Positions 23,744 to 35,435 of a DNA stretch of 64,000 nt are shown one piece after another (the stretch's first letter is position 1; every line of letters starts with the position of its first letter). The notes beneath the pieces are model-generated. The model worked only from the letters and a program-made list of their open reading frames with translations, had not been told where the DNA came from and made no database searches. Origin of the DNA: Heptranchias perlo (lineage: Eukaryota). The translations under genes were made by a program, and so were the position numbers. The stretch spans positions 11,408,001 to 11,472,000 of the forward strand of contig NC_090351.1 in the NCBI RefSeq assembly GCF_035084215.1, given 5' to 3'.

Positions 23744-24455
23744 AGTGACAAAAGTCTCCCAGCCGCCTGTGACTTTTGCGGCTTGGGTGAGTCTGTGTCT
23801 ATGGAGAGGGAGCACGCAGTGTCTGCTGGTACATGTGAGGCCTTCTGTGACCGGTGGGCACCGCAGGGACTGGAGTGCATTGTCAACACTAGTAATAACA
23901 TTATGATTTAATTTGATGTTTCCTTTGTCCTTTTTTACGATTTGGGTTTTATTTGTTGTGTCCCTTAAAAATAAAAGTGACAAAAGTCTCCCAGGCTGCC
24001 TGTGACTTTGGTGACCTGGATGAGTCTGTGTCTCATATCTACAGGGAGTGTGAGAGTTTGCAGCCCCTCTTCCACCATTTGAAGGGCTGCTCCTCAACTT
24101 CTGGCTCCACTTCAGTCCCACGCTCCTGATGGGTCTCGTGGGTCTCTTCCTGGGCCTGGCCAAGGTGGCCTTCCACAGGTCCAGGTTGGACTCGGCCCAT
24201 GGGAGTGGTCGCTCTGTCTGCCTGCCACTCTTCCACGACCTTGTCTGCCCCCACGTGGCCCTGGAGAGGGAGCACGCCGTGTCCGCCGGTACACTTGAGG
24301 CCAAGATCAGTGGGCACCGCAAGGACTAGAGTTCATAGTGGATAACAGTAATAACATTATGATTTAATTTGACCCTTTATTGTTTTTGTGGATTGGGTTT
24401 TATCAGTTGTGCCCCTCTAAAAAAAAGGGAGAGAAGAAAAAAAAGTGACAAAAGT
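23744..24455 (+). mobile_element. Two tandem Tx1/L1-type 3' fragments bounded by three copies of agtgacaaaagt
   Basis: The 12-mer occurs at 23744, 23976 and 24444. Copy 2 encodes GLFLGLAKVAFHRSR (Tx1 ORF2 C-terminus) and ends in an A-rich tail. Copy 1 is an internally deleted version. Confidence 0.75.
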
Positions 24456-24544
24456 TTGAACGATTAAATTGCCAAATAAAAAAAAGCATGGGAAGGTTCA
24501 AACTGCAGCTGGAAACCATCAGAGGAATGAATGGGCTTTTCTGG

Positions 24545-24960
24545 TCGAGAGATGGATGCACACGTGATCCAGCCGGGTTTATCTGTCGTGTGACAGGGCC
24601 GCCAGTCCCGCCGCTGGATCCCGTGCCCACAGGTAGGGGGCGGCCTCTAACACGGGAAGCGATCGCTGCGCTGCTACCCTAGACCCTATAAATAATGATT
24701 GTAATGTACCGGATACAACCAGGCGCGGCTTGGATCCGGAGCCTCTCACCGAGTATGAGGCCGGCCGATCATCACGTCCACAGGGCCGGATCCGGAGCGG
24801 GGGCTGCTTGGCACTGCCCCTGTTCGTATGGGCGCAGGCCCGCCGCCTGTTGCCGGGGTAACCGAGCCCCGTCCCTGCCCACTGCCTCCCTTTGTGACGA
24901 CAGTAACGGCATTAAACATCCTCCGACGTTAAATCCAGTTGACCTGAAGTTTACGGTGAG
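24545..24960 (+). promoter_or_regulatory. CpG island / probable OARD1 promoter and non-coding exon 1 (donor cag|gtaggg at ~24632)
   Basis: CpG-dense, apparently non-repeat segment about 2.3 kb upstream of the OARD1 start exon, with a CACGTG E-box at ~24561 and a GGGGCGG GC-box at ~24637. Confidence 0.65.
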
Positions 24961-25604
24961 AAGCCTGTTGGGCAGTTTCAATAAGTGATGCAGTCACTCT
25001 AGTGGCTCTTAAATGGGTTTATGCTCCATTCTGGTAAAATTATTTGGCTGTTTTTGTCAGGCTTACTGCATTTTTTTTGTGTAATATGATTTGTGGTGCA
25101 CTGATCTAATAGTATCAAAACCATGTAACTGATGGAATCCAATTTGCAATTACAAACACTGCCTCTTTTAACTGTTCAGTGTCATATCACCCCACTTCAT
25201 ACAGGCAACACAGAAAACCAGCAAGTGCTGATGTAGTCCCAGAAAGCTAGCAACTCAAGAATGGCCCTAATTTAAAGCTAATCATGGCATTCCTTTCCCC
25301 TCAAACCAGTTCAACCTGGTACTCTTCTGCCCCTCTCTGGTTCAAGATGGTGTATTTTCCCCCACAGCCATATCAGTTAATGCTAGTATTCTCCCTCCTT
25401 GTTTTCTTCCTTCCTTGCTGAATACAGCTTGGACCACCTCCCACTCCCTTTCATTTCCCCTTTACTATCTGTTTCCTTCTTTCCTTCATCCTTCATTGCT
25501 CTGCATTCCCCTGACTCTCCTCAGTGCTGCTAATACCTGAGTCCTGTTGCTAATGGAAGTGATTTGGACTGCTGCATACTGTATTGTACTGCAAGTGTTA
25601 TCTT

Positions 25605-26010
25605 AACTCCGTGGTAGAGCTCTTGCCTTTAAGTCAGAAGGATTCAGGCCTCTCTACAATGTATTCAGCACATATTCTAGGCTGACACCTCAGCTGTACT
25701 GAGGGTGTGCTGCATTTTTGGAGTTTTTTTTTAACATGAGATGTTAAACTGTGGCCCCATCTACCTGTTCAGGGGGATGTAAAAGATCCCACAGCACTAA
25801 CCAAAGAGCAAGGGAGTTCTTTTGGGATCCTGGCCAACATTGCTCCACTAAAGCAGATTAACAGATCATTTATCTCTCTACTGTTTGTGGGATTGTGCTG
25901 GATGTAAATTGGCTGCTGCATTTGCCTACATAACAATTGTAACTGCAGTTCAATATAATTGCTTTGGGACATTGTTGACATGAAAGGTGCTATTATAAAT
26001 GCAAGATGTT
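25605..26010 (+). mobile_element. tRNA-derived Deu-domain SINE (SacSINE1-like), diverged
   Basis: Shares gctgacac...gtactgaggg...atgagatgttaaac...aaagatccca...ataaatgcaag with the other copies. Confidence 0.7.
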
Positions 26011-26969
26011 AACTCTTTAACATCTTCCAGTTCTGATGGTCTTTGACCTGCAATGTTAATGTCTTTTCTCTACAGATGCTGCTTCACTTGCTGAGCATTT
26101 TCTGTTTTTATTTCAGATTTGCAGTATTTTGCTTTTGATTATAAATGCAAGGTCTTGTTGTAGGTGGGGACTCCTATTCTTATGAGAATTCCCACCCATG
26201 TGGTGGTCAGAATCACTTCCATTAGCAGGCGGGACTTGGATAGGAGCAGTGCTGAGGGGAGAGGCATCTTGTCCATGCTGGTTTTTCTTAGCAAACCAAC
26301 TGATGGCTGGTATGTATGTATGTTTGCTTGATTTTTTTAGTATTTGTTGGCCTGTTGAGAGAATTGCAGTGCTAGTGATTCTGTTGTCAACAATATAAGT
26401 TTGAAGTAAGTTCTCCTGAACTTCCTTGCAAAAAGTCCAAGTTTAGAGCTACGGTGTACATTCGCATTTTTGATTCTCCATACAAGAGTTCCCAATGTAA
26501 GTCTTTGTCTGAAGGAGCTCCCAACAAATGTGCCCTTTCCCACAGAGGACAAATTGGAGGTTTCATCAGTAATCTACAGAACATGTAAATGTACAACGAC
26601 AATTTGTATTAATATAGCACCTTTTAATGTAATAAAACATCCTAAGGTGCTTCACAGGAGTGTTATCAAACAAAATTCAATACCAAGCCTCATTAGATAT
26701 TAGGACCGGTGACCAAAAGCTTGGTTTTAAGGAGGGGAGGGAGCTGTAGGGAGGGCATTCCAGAGGTTAGGGCCTAGGCAGCTGAAGGCGTGACTGTCAA
26801 TGGTGGAGCGATGAACCAGAGTGGAACATTTCAGTCCTTCAGACTGACCGTAGAGGCAGGTGATTACAGAAAGGCATTGGCAGAAGGTAGGAACTGGAAG
26901 GAGAATGTTGCAGTTAAAAGTCTGTTTATTTTGCTGTGTTTAGCAGGTAGAAGCACAAAAGGAACTGAA

Positions 26970-27014
26970 ATGAGTGAAATGGCAAATTCCACAGACAAAC
27001 CACCAGAGGACAAT
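26970..27014 (+). CDS. OARD1: OARD1 first coding exon
   Basis: ATG...GAC AAT|gtgagt; upstream acceptor tttagcag at ~26946; phase 0 matches the next exon. Confidence 0.75.
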
Positions 27015-30000
27015 GTGAGTGTATGGATGTCACTCAACAAATACTCTGCACACTTTTTTGTTCTGCTCCTCTCCTGAAGCTAATAGTTCTTCACCTGGTA
27101 TAGTTCAAAAGATATCTGCAGTCCTCTGCAGATGGAAGGTGTCATTGACTGACTCACCAGTAACCTGATCACCGATGCTCAGTTTGGGTTCCGCCAGGAC
27201 CACTCTGCTCCAGACCTCATTACAGCCTTGGTCCAAACATGGACAAAAGAGCTGAATTCCAGAGGTGAGGTGTGAGTGACTACCCTTGACATCAAGGCAG
27301 CATTTGACTGAATGTGGCTCCAAGGAGCCCTAGTAAAATTGAAGTCAATGGGAATCAGGGGGAAAACTCTCCAGTGGCTGGAGTCATACCTAGCACAAAG
27401 GAAGATGGTAGTGGTTGTTGGAGGCCAATCATCTCAGCCCCAGGACAATGTTACAGGAGTTCCTCAGGGCAGTGTCCTAGGCCCAACAATCTTCAGCTGC
27501 TTCATCAATGACCTTCCCTCCATCATAAGGTCAGCATTGGGGATGTTCACTGATGATTGCACAATGCTCAGTTCCATTTGCAACCCCTCCGATAATGAAG
27601 CGGCCCGTGCCCGCATGCAGAAAGACCTGGACAATATCCAGGCTTGGGCTGATAAGTGGCAAGTAATATTCGTGCCAGGCAATGACCATCTCCAACAAGA
27701 GAGAGTCTAACCACCTCTCCTTGACATTCAACGGCATTACCATTGCTGAATCCCCCACCATCAACATCCTGAGGGTCACCACTGACCAGAACCTCAACTG
27801 GACCAGACATATAAATACTGTGGCTACAAGAGCAGGTCAGAGGCTGGGTATTCTGCAGCGAGTGACTCCCCAAAGCCTTTCCACCATCTGCAAGGCACAA
27901 GTTAGGAGTGTGATGGAATACTGCCCACTTGTCTGGATGAGTACAGCTCCAACAACACTCAAGAAGCTCAACACCATCCAGGACAAAGCAGCCCACTTGA
28001 TTGGCACCCCATCCATGACCCTAAACATTCATTCCCTCCACCACCGGCGCACTGTGGCTGCAATGTGTACCATCCACAGGATGCACTGCAGCAACTCGCC
28101 AAGGTTTCTTCGACAGCACCTCCCAAACTCATGACCCCTACCACCTACAAGGACAAGGACAGCAGGCACATGGGAATAACACCACCTGCACGTTCCCCTC
28201 CAAGTCCCACACCATCCCGACTTGGAAATATATCGGCGTTCCAGGATTTTGACCCAGTGACTATGAAGGAACTCCCTTCCTAACAGCACTGTGGGAGAAC
28301 CTTCACCACATGGATGCAGTGGTTCAAGAAGGCGGCTCACCACCACCTTCTCGAGGGCAATTAGGGATGGGCAATAAATGCTGGCCTCGCCAGTGACGCC
28401 CAGATCCCATGAACTAATTTTTTTTAAAACCTTGCCTGAGAGTCCAAAAAAGATGGCCCACTACCAATAAATCTGACCATAGCATATACTTAATTGACTG
28501 AGTAAGCTTAATGATCTGATGGGCCTTTTCTCATTCCTATTTGTTCACTTGCTTTGTCAGATGGCAATATCCCTTTTTAATATTTGTTTAAGCTATATGA
28601 ATGCTTTCAATGGGGAATATACTCAACTAAGAAAAATACTTCCTTGGGTGGGGGGAGGAATAGCAAATGTTCCATGTACTACAAGTACATAACAATGTCT
28701 CATTGGCCACTACAGAGCTTTAAGATCCATTATGTGACTGGTGATCTGTTCACGTGTCCAGAGGACAACGCACTGGCACACTGCATCAGTGAAGACTGTC
28801 GTATGGGGGCAGGGATAGCAGTAGTCTTCAAGAAGTTGTTTCAATCTGTTAAGGAGCTGCAGAATCAGGGTAAGAGATTAAAGTTATAAGAGAAGTAAAG
28901 TTTCATTACTTTTACCATTGGTATGTTGGCCAGCTTATCAGTTTGTAGCTCCACATCAAATTCTTTAAAAATTAATAACTTCTTTCAGAAGTGGAAGTGT
29001 ACTCCATTCTCCAGCAATGATATGTGCACATAATTCATCCCCCAAAAAATTAGCAGAAATATAAATTTCTAATAGTTATGCTGTACTAGCTCCTCAAATA
29101 ATTCAGTTGTGCTAAAACTATGATTATAGTTTTTAATCTTTTGCTTACAAACTATAGAAATTGTCTTTGACTTATTTTGAGGTTCCAGTCCAACTTCAAA
29201 GGCTCATTAAACTCAATGATTGGAAAAAGACAGGCTGATAAATCCCTCAAACTGTCACCAGAAGAATTTGAATAACTGGCAGATTTTAGAGTTTAACAAT
29301 CAAACATATCTTAAGAAATCGCATGTTTGTATTTGAATTGACTTGGCTCCTCCCTCAGTAACTGTCTAGCAACCAATCGACAAATCAATACTATACCCAA
29401 TCTTGGGACAATGCTTCTTTTGTTATACCTGCACTGCCTGAATTGTACAGCAAGTGTCCACTGTAAACATGTCACTACTGTTTTTTTTTAGGGTTTCATG
29501 GCAATGAAATGGTGGGTTAGCTCCTTTTTACATAACAGCCTGCACATTCTAAGGGGTTAACACAATAAATGGAAAGTTTATTGTTTCTATAATTGAAAGA
29601 GATGGACCTCATTAATGGTCCTTAATCTACCTCCTTTCCTAAATCTATTGTCTCCCTTCCTGATTTGTTAATGTAATGAGGTGTATCATTTTATCCATCC
29701 TCTTGTCACATCTTTGCAAGGCATTTACCTAAAATGACCATTTTTTTTTTAAATTGGTGATTTTCTCCACAGACAAGAAGATTGGGGATGTGGCAGTGCT
29801 GCAGATGAAACAAAGATACATTTACTATTTGGTAATGAAGAGGAGAATATTTTAATCATTTAAGTAATGGAATTGATCACCATTTGAATGGTTTAAAATT
29901 CTTTGAAAGATGCAGAATACATTTTTTAAGCCCATTTGAAACTACATTTTCTTTGGTTTTCCAAAATACAGTACAATGTTGTACCAGGTTTGTGATGTGT

Positions 30001-32793
30001 GCTGAAGTATCTGTTCTATTTTCTTTGATAACCAGAAGAAAAACTCCATTTTAAAAATACAGTAATCGGGGGTCCCACCATTTTAAAAATAGAGTTGCTC
30101 ATGGACTAAGTTTGGAGAGGCTCCAGGCTTAACTGTAATGTCTTCAACCTTCAGACTCCAGTGCACTCACAGATTCTTATCTGTTGCTCACATGCCTGTT
30201 ACTGCTTTGTGTAACCTTCAGCTGTTTAAATCAGTAACAATGCATTTGTGTTCTGATTTGATGTTAAATAAGCTTTAGTTCCCATTTACTCATCAGTACC
30301 TTTTTTTATTTTAAATGTCCAAATCTAAGGCAACTTAAATATAAAACAATTTAAAGTTGCAGTATCTTCTTGACACCTTCCCCAATAAACACCATACAAA
30401 GTAGTCTTAAGTTTTGGAGGTGGACAGAAACTACCCTGGATTGTAAGAGGTACTGCATTCAGTTCTGGGCACTGCACCTCAGGAAGGATATATTGGCCTT
30501 GGAGGGATGCAGTGCAGAGTCACCAGAATGATATTGGGGTTAAAAGGATTAAATTATTAGGTTGCATAGACTCTGTTTGTATTCTCTAGTATAGAGGATT
30601 AAAAGGTAATCTAATTGAAGTGTTTAAGATGATTAAGGGCATAGTCGCAGGATAAGGGGTCAGCCATTCAAGACTGAGATGAGAAGGAATTTCTTCACAG
30701 AGGCTTGTGAATCTTTGGCATTCTCTACCCCAGAGGGCTGTAGATGCTGAGTCGTTGAATATATTCAAGGCTGAGATGGATAGATTTTTGAACTCTAGGG
30801 GCATTGAGGGATATGGGGATCAGGCAGTAAAGTGGAATTGAGGTCGAAGATCAGCCATGATCTGATTGAATGGCGGAGTAGGCTCGAGGGACTGTATGAC
30901 CTGCTCCTATTTCTTATGTTCTTATGTAAGTTGATAGGGTGGATAAAGAGATTATTTCCATGTGGGCGAGGTTTGGATCATTGTTAGAAATTTAGGGCTT
31001 ATTTTTGTATATAGTTGGTGGATGATATTTATCACCATGTTATTGATAGCTTTGTTGCTCACTTGTAATAAAATTTACAACATTTATACAGAAAATATTC
31101 TAATTACCAATTGGATACAAGCATAGTGTTTGGGTCTGACTGCTTCTCGAACAATCATTTAAGATAGCCTGAGACACAGCAGAGGAGTGGCACATTTTGA
31201 GCGTGCCACAATTCTCTGGCTCTGTATGTTCACTTAATGTGGGGCAGGTTTTCAAATTTACAGGCAATTGAATTTAAATATTGTGCTAAATACCATGGAC
31301 AAGTTTGTTACAATTCGCATTGATACTTTGAGTGAGAATAAAAGAAAGACAGACTTGCACTTATGTAGTGCCTTTCACAGTCTCTGGCCGTCCCAAAGGG
31401 CTTCACAGCCAATGAAGTACTTTTGAAGTGTAGTCACTGTTGTAATGTAGGAAACATAGCAGCCAATTTGTATACAGCAGGTCCCACAAACAGCTATGAG
31501 ATAATGACCAGATAATCTGTTGGTGTTTGGTTGAAGGATAAATATTGGCCAGGACAGTAACAGTAAGTTCAAATAGTAGTGCCATGGCCCTAAACATCAC
31601 TGCATTGCCATATTAATATTTCAATCTGACAATGCCAGGAAGGAATGGTTTCTGCTACTGCAGGAAGTTTTACCGTATTTTGCTATACTGAATCCTCAGT
31701 GGCTATAGCACCGTTGCAAACTCTTTAAATTCCACATTGCTCCACCCATAGCAATGCAGTGTGAAATTTGAGTACTAATAGTGATGAGGGGTAGGAACTA
31801 AACTATGAAACTAGTTTGTGCTTCATCATGGTGTAAAATTTCTGTTGAAGGTACTGTATTCATTTCATAAAATTTAATCATCTTCTGTTCTGACTCGAGC
31901 CATACTAAGAATGCAAAAAGCTGCTTTTAAATTAAACTTGTGTTCAGCTATGTGTTAATCTTCTGCAATGCCCAGTTAGAAATTTTTACTTTTTAAACTA
32001 ATTAGTCACGATAACTCTGCCTTTCAACTCAAGAAACAACAAATATCTAATACCCTCGTCTCCTCCATCATATATATCTCATAGTATGAGTTACAAGGGA
32101 CAATTAGGTTGTGAATACTTGGTTGATATTAAGTGGTTTGATTCTTCCACAGATCACTAAAAAGAGGGCCTCACACAAGCCAACTTATGACAGTCTGCAG
32201 AGCAGCCTGCAGGCCATGAAGCAACACTGCCTGAAAAATGGAGTCACACACATCTCAATGCCTAGGTAATGTTGGGGAAGTTGAGTTTGTTTTGTATCAG
32301 TTTGCTACAGTTTATTTTAAAGAAAAATTGAGAAATATACGAATACGAGGTGCTTTTAAACTTTACTTAGCTGAGCACCTTTTACATATTAATATAGATT
32401 CATCTTGTCATTAAATGATTGGAGGTGGCAGCTGCATCTGACATAGCATCCAATTGGCCAAAAGGTTCCCAGACCTTTTTTCAGCCCATTGATGCCCAGA
32501 ACCCTGAAGATTGAACATAACTTATCTCATCTCTAGCACTGACAGCGCAATTGTGCTGGAGTTGTCAAACCATCACTATTCTGGGCTTTGGGGGTTTTGT
32601 AGTCTATCAAGTTCTGCATCACCATGGGACCTGGATGGACTGCATTGTTAACGGGTATGACTGTTTTCCCTGCAGGATCGGATGCGGACTGGACAAGCTG
32701 AAGTGGAACAAAGTTGCTGTGACAATTGAAGAAGTCTTTAAGAACACGGATATTATAATCACTGTGTACTCTTTGGAAAGTTATACATGTTAG
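26970..32793 (+). CDS. OARD1: ADP-ribose glycohydrolase OARD1/TARG1 (macrodomain), 162 aa; join(26970..27014, 28716..28869, 29773..29831, 32153..32265, 32676..32793)
   Basis: Spliced translation [15 protein letters not shown]|[52 protein letters not shown]|[19 protein letters not shown]|[38 protein letters not shown]|[38 protein letters not shown]. All introns are GT-AG with compatible phases. The catalytic Lys (ITKK) and Asp (GCGLD) are present. Confidence 0.96.
27160..28430 (+). mobile_element. CR1-clade LINE 3' part in an OARD1 intron
   Basis: [24 protein letters not shown] and [15 protein letters not shown] motifs, with a characteristic 3' end. Confidence 0.9.
28716..28869 (+). CDS. OARD1: OARD1 coding exon 2
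   Basis: ctacag|...GDLF...[15 protein letters not shown]...G|gtaaga. Confidence 0.95.
29773..29831 (+). CDS. OARD1: OARD1 coding exon 3
   Basis: ttttctccacag|59 nt [19 protein letters not shown]|gtaatg. Confidence 0.95.
30455..30927 (+). mobile_element. CR1 3' fragment
   Basis: CR1 C-terminal sequence with a (ttcttatg)n tail. Confidence 0.85.
32153..32265 (+). CDS. OARD1: OARD1 coding exon 4
   Basis: ttcttccacag|113 nt [12 protein letters not shown]...SMPR|gtaatg. Confidence 0.96.
32676..32793 (+). CDS. OARD1: OARD1 last coding exon
   Basis: ttttccctgcag|[10 protein letters not shown]...[11 protein letters not shown]. Confidence 0.96.
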
Positions 32794-33919
32794 TTACCTC
32801 TTAGCACAAGTATTCTATGCAAATAGAATGTGGGGATAGACCCAATCAATTGTTGGGTGATTGTTGAATTCTTACCATAGAATCAACTATAAATAACAAG
32901 TTATTTCAAACAGATTTTGAAGCTATTAAGTAAATGAATTTATTTGTAAATGAAGGTTATTTAACTTAAGATGTGATGGATGAAATTTTCCTTTTTTAAA
33001 GAAAAGCAGAAGTGCCTGTTTTTCACTATTAGCCAAATTCTGTTCTCAAGAATTCTTTGGCTTTCGCTCACACACGGCCTCAGGAAGTTCAACAATTTTT
33101 CCCCCCTGAGTTTGTCACTGATAAAACAAAGTGTTTATTTAAATTTACCTGCTCATATGTCCTTAATGTCTAAGTTTCTTGTGCTTTTCTTAACATTTGC
33201 AATGGACATGGGTTTGTAAACAATTTATGGAGTTGAGTTTGCTGAAATTTTTTTTTACTATTGCAGTTCAACATATCAGTTAACTTCATTTCTGCGGTTT
33301 AGACATTGATTTTTGGGGTACTCTGCCAAGGAGGTTTGCACACCAATAACAAAACCCGCTGAATGTTCTCTGCATTGAAACTAATGCAAGGAAAATCGAG
33401 CGGATTCTGTTACCAATATGCAGACCTCCATCAGGCTTTCCAATGTATGCTCTACCCAGGAGGTGAAGACTAAAATCTACCCCCCAAATGGGTCAACACA
33501 AAGTCTTTTTAATGTAGAGAATGCATGTACTTGGACACAATGAAGACACAACTGATTTTTGATGGTCTGATGTTAATATGGTTATAGTTATGATCCTGGA
33601 CACAATTGGAAACTGACAAAGGCTTCAAATGGGCTGAATGAACCATTGTCAAAATTTAGTGTCTGGATTAGGGTTCAACTGCTAGTAATAAACTCAATGA
33701 TTCAGTATTAATTATGTGTTCAGTTGCCTGCACTGTAAGGCTTGGTAACCTTCCTGCCCAGTACACTCAATTATACCATCAGTGCACACTACACAAAATA
33801 ATCTTTTTTAAAAACCTGACTGTGGCACAGAATTAGAGGATGTTCATCAGAATCCTGCAGGATTACAATTGAAAAGATGGAATTTATGGGAAAACTGCAC
33901 AACCAACCAGTGTGATACT

Positions 33920-34250
33920 GTAACAAAAGCAAAATACTACAGGATGCTGGCAATCTGAAATAGAAAAAAATGTTGGAGGCACTCAGTGGGTCAGGCAGCA
34001 CCTGTAGAGAGAGAAACAGTTAACATTTCAGGTCTATGACCTTTCATCAGAACTCGAAGAAGTTTGAGACTTAACAGTTTTTATGCAAGTACGGGGCCAG
34101 GAGGAGGGAGAGGAAAGCACAAAGGGATAGGATGGAAGGCAGGAGTGATTAAATGACAAAAGGGATGATGGTGCAGGGCAAGGAGGGGGTGATAATGGGA
34201 CAGTAAACAAAAGTTGGGTCTAGAGGTGTAAATGATAACAGCAAAACAAT
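33920..34250 (-). mobile_element. Penelope-like repeat with hammerhead core at 34018-34054
   Basis: Minus strand AGTT-CTGATGA-A-AGGTC-ATA-GACCT-GAAA-TG-TT-AACT. Confidence 0.7.
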
Positions 34251-34445
34251 CTAGAAAGTGGGTTTTGCAACAAGTTCGTTAGATGTGTTTAAAATATATT
34301 ACTGCTGGTTTTAAATTTGAAGATAGCCCATGAGTTTTAATTTTTTTGTTTGTAAACTTAGTTTGTGATCATCTCAGGCTGTAATGAAGCTTCTTGCTGC
34401 TACATATGAATAGCCCTTGCCTGGTGTGTCATTCTAGTCCTGATA

Positions 34446-34682
34446 ATTGTAAACAATTTTACACCACCAAGTTATAGTCCAGCAATTTTATTTTAAATTC
34501 ACAAGCTTTCGGAGGCTTCCTCCTTCGTCAGGTGAACGATGTGAAAACATCGTTCACCTGACGAAGGGGGAAGCCTCCGAAAGCTTGTGAATTTAAAATA
34601 AAATTGCTGGACTATAACTTGGTGGTGTAAAATTGTTTACAATTGTCAACCCCAGTCCATCACCGGCATCTCCACATCATGA
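34446..34682. mobile_element. Penelope-like insertion forming a 98-bp hairpin, flanked by a 12-bp TSD
   Basis: Arms 34445-34542 and 34547-34644 with a GAAA loop and a single T/G mismatch. ctagtcctgata is duplicated at 34434-34445 and 34683-34694. Confidence 0.88.
34553..34591 (+). ncRNA. Minimal type-I hammerhead ribozyme motif (inverted copy on the - strand at 34498-34536)
   Basis: Stem I UUCAC/GUGAA, core CUGACGA, stem II GGGGG/CCUCC (GGAGG/CCUCC in the inverted copy), GAAA, palindromic stem III AAGCUU, and predicted cleavage after 34586. Confidence 0.7.
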
Positions 34683-35054
34683 CTAGTCCTGATAGTGTTG
34701 GATCAAATTTATTTGGACGCATCCTTTCATGCCCAGGTTACAGTGTAGCTGAAGTGTAATTTATTCATGCGTCTGTGAATTTTAGCTCTTTCAAAGACTT
34801 TAATTTTTTAACTCGCACTATTTTGTGATTGCTGAAGAGCTGATTCTCTGCAAATTTCTATGGTATTTAGAAAGCGTATTTATAAAATACACAGAATCGT
34901 GGACTTTGCTTTGATTTGTGCTATTCCTGAAGCCTTCTAAAACTCCAACTCTTGTTATGTTTTTGGTTGGGGGGAGGGGGGGTTGGTGAGAGCAGAGCCA
35001 CTACTGTCCTGAAATGACTTGGTGATTTACTCAGGTGGAGCAAGCTTTGGAATA

Positions 35055-35435
35055 GTTCAGAATGGTTTATAGCACAGAAGGAGGCCCTTCGGCCTATTGA
35101 GCCTGAGCCAGCTCTCTGCAAGAGCGAGCCAGTTCTCTGCAAGAGCAATCCAGCTCGTCCTGCTCCCCAACTCTTTCCCTGTAGCTTTGCAAATTTTTCT
35201 GCTTTTTTAGGTACCTAGCTAATTCCTTTTTGACAGCCACAATTAGCCCTGCTTCCACCACCCTTTCAGGCAGTGCATTCAGATCCTAACCACTCACTAC
35301 GTTAAAGTTTCTCCTCATGTCACCTTTGGTTCTTTTGCCAATCACCTTAAACCTGTGTCCTCCAGTTTGCGACCCTTCTGCCAGTGGGAACAGTTTCTCT
35401 TTATTTACTTTGTCTAGATCCTTCGTGATTTTGAA
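35055..35435 (-). mobile_element. CR1 3' fragment
   Basis: Reverse complement of the CR1 3' end seen at 6225-6652. Confidence 0.8.
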
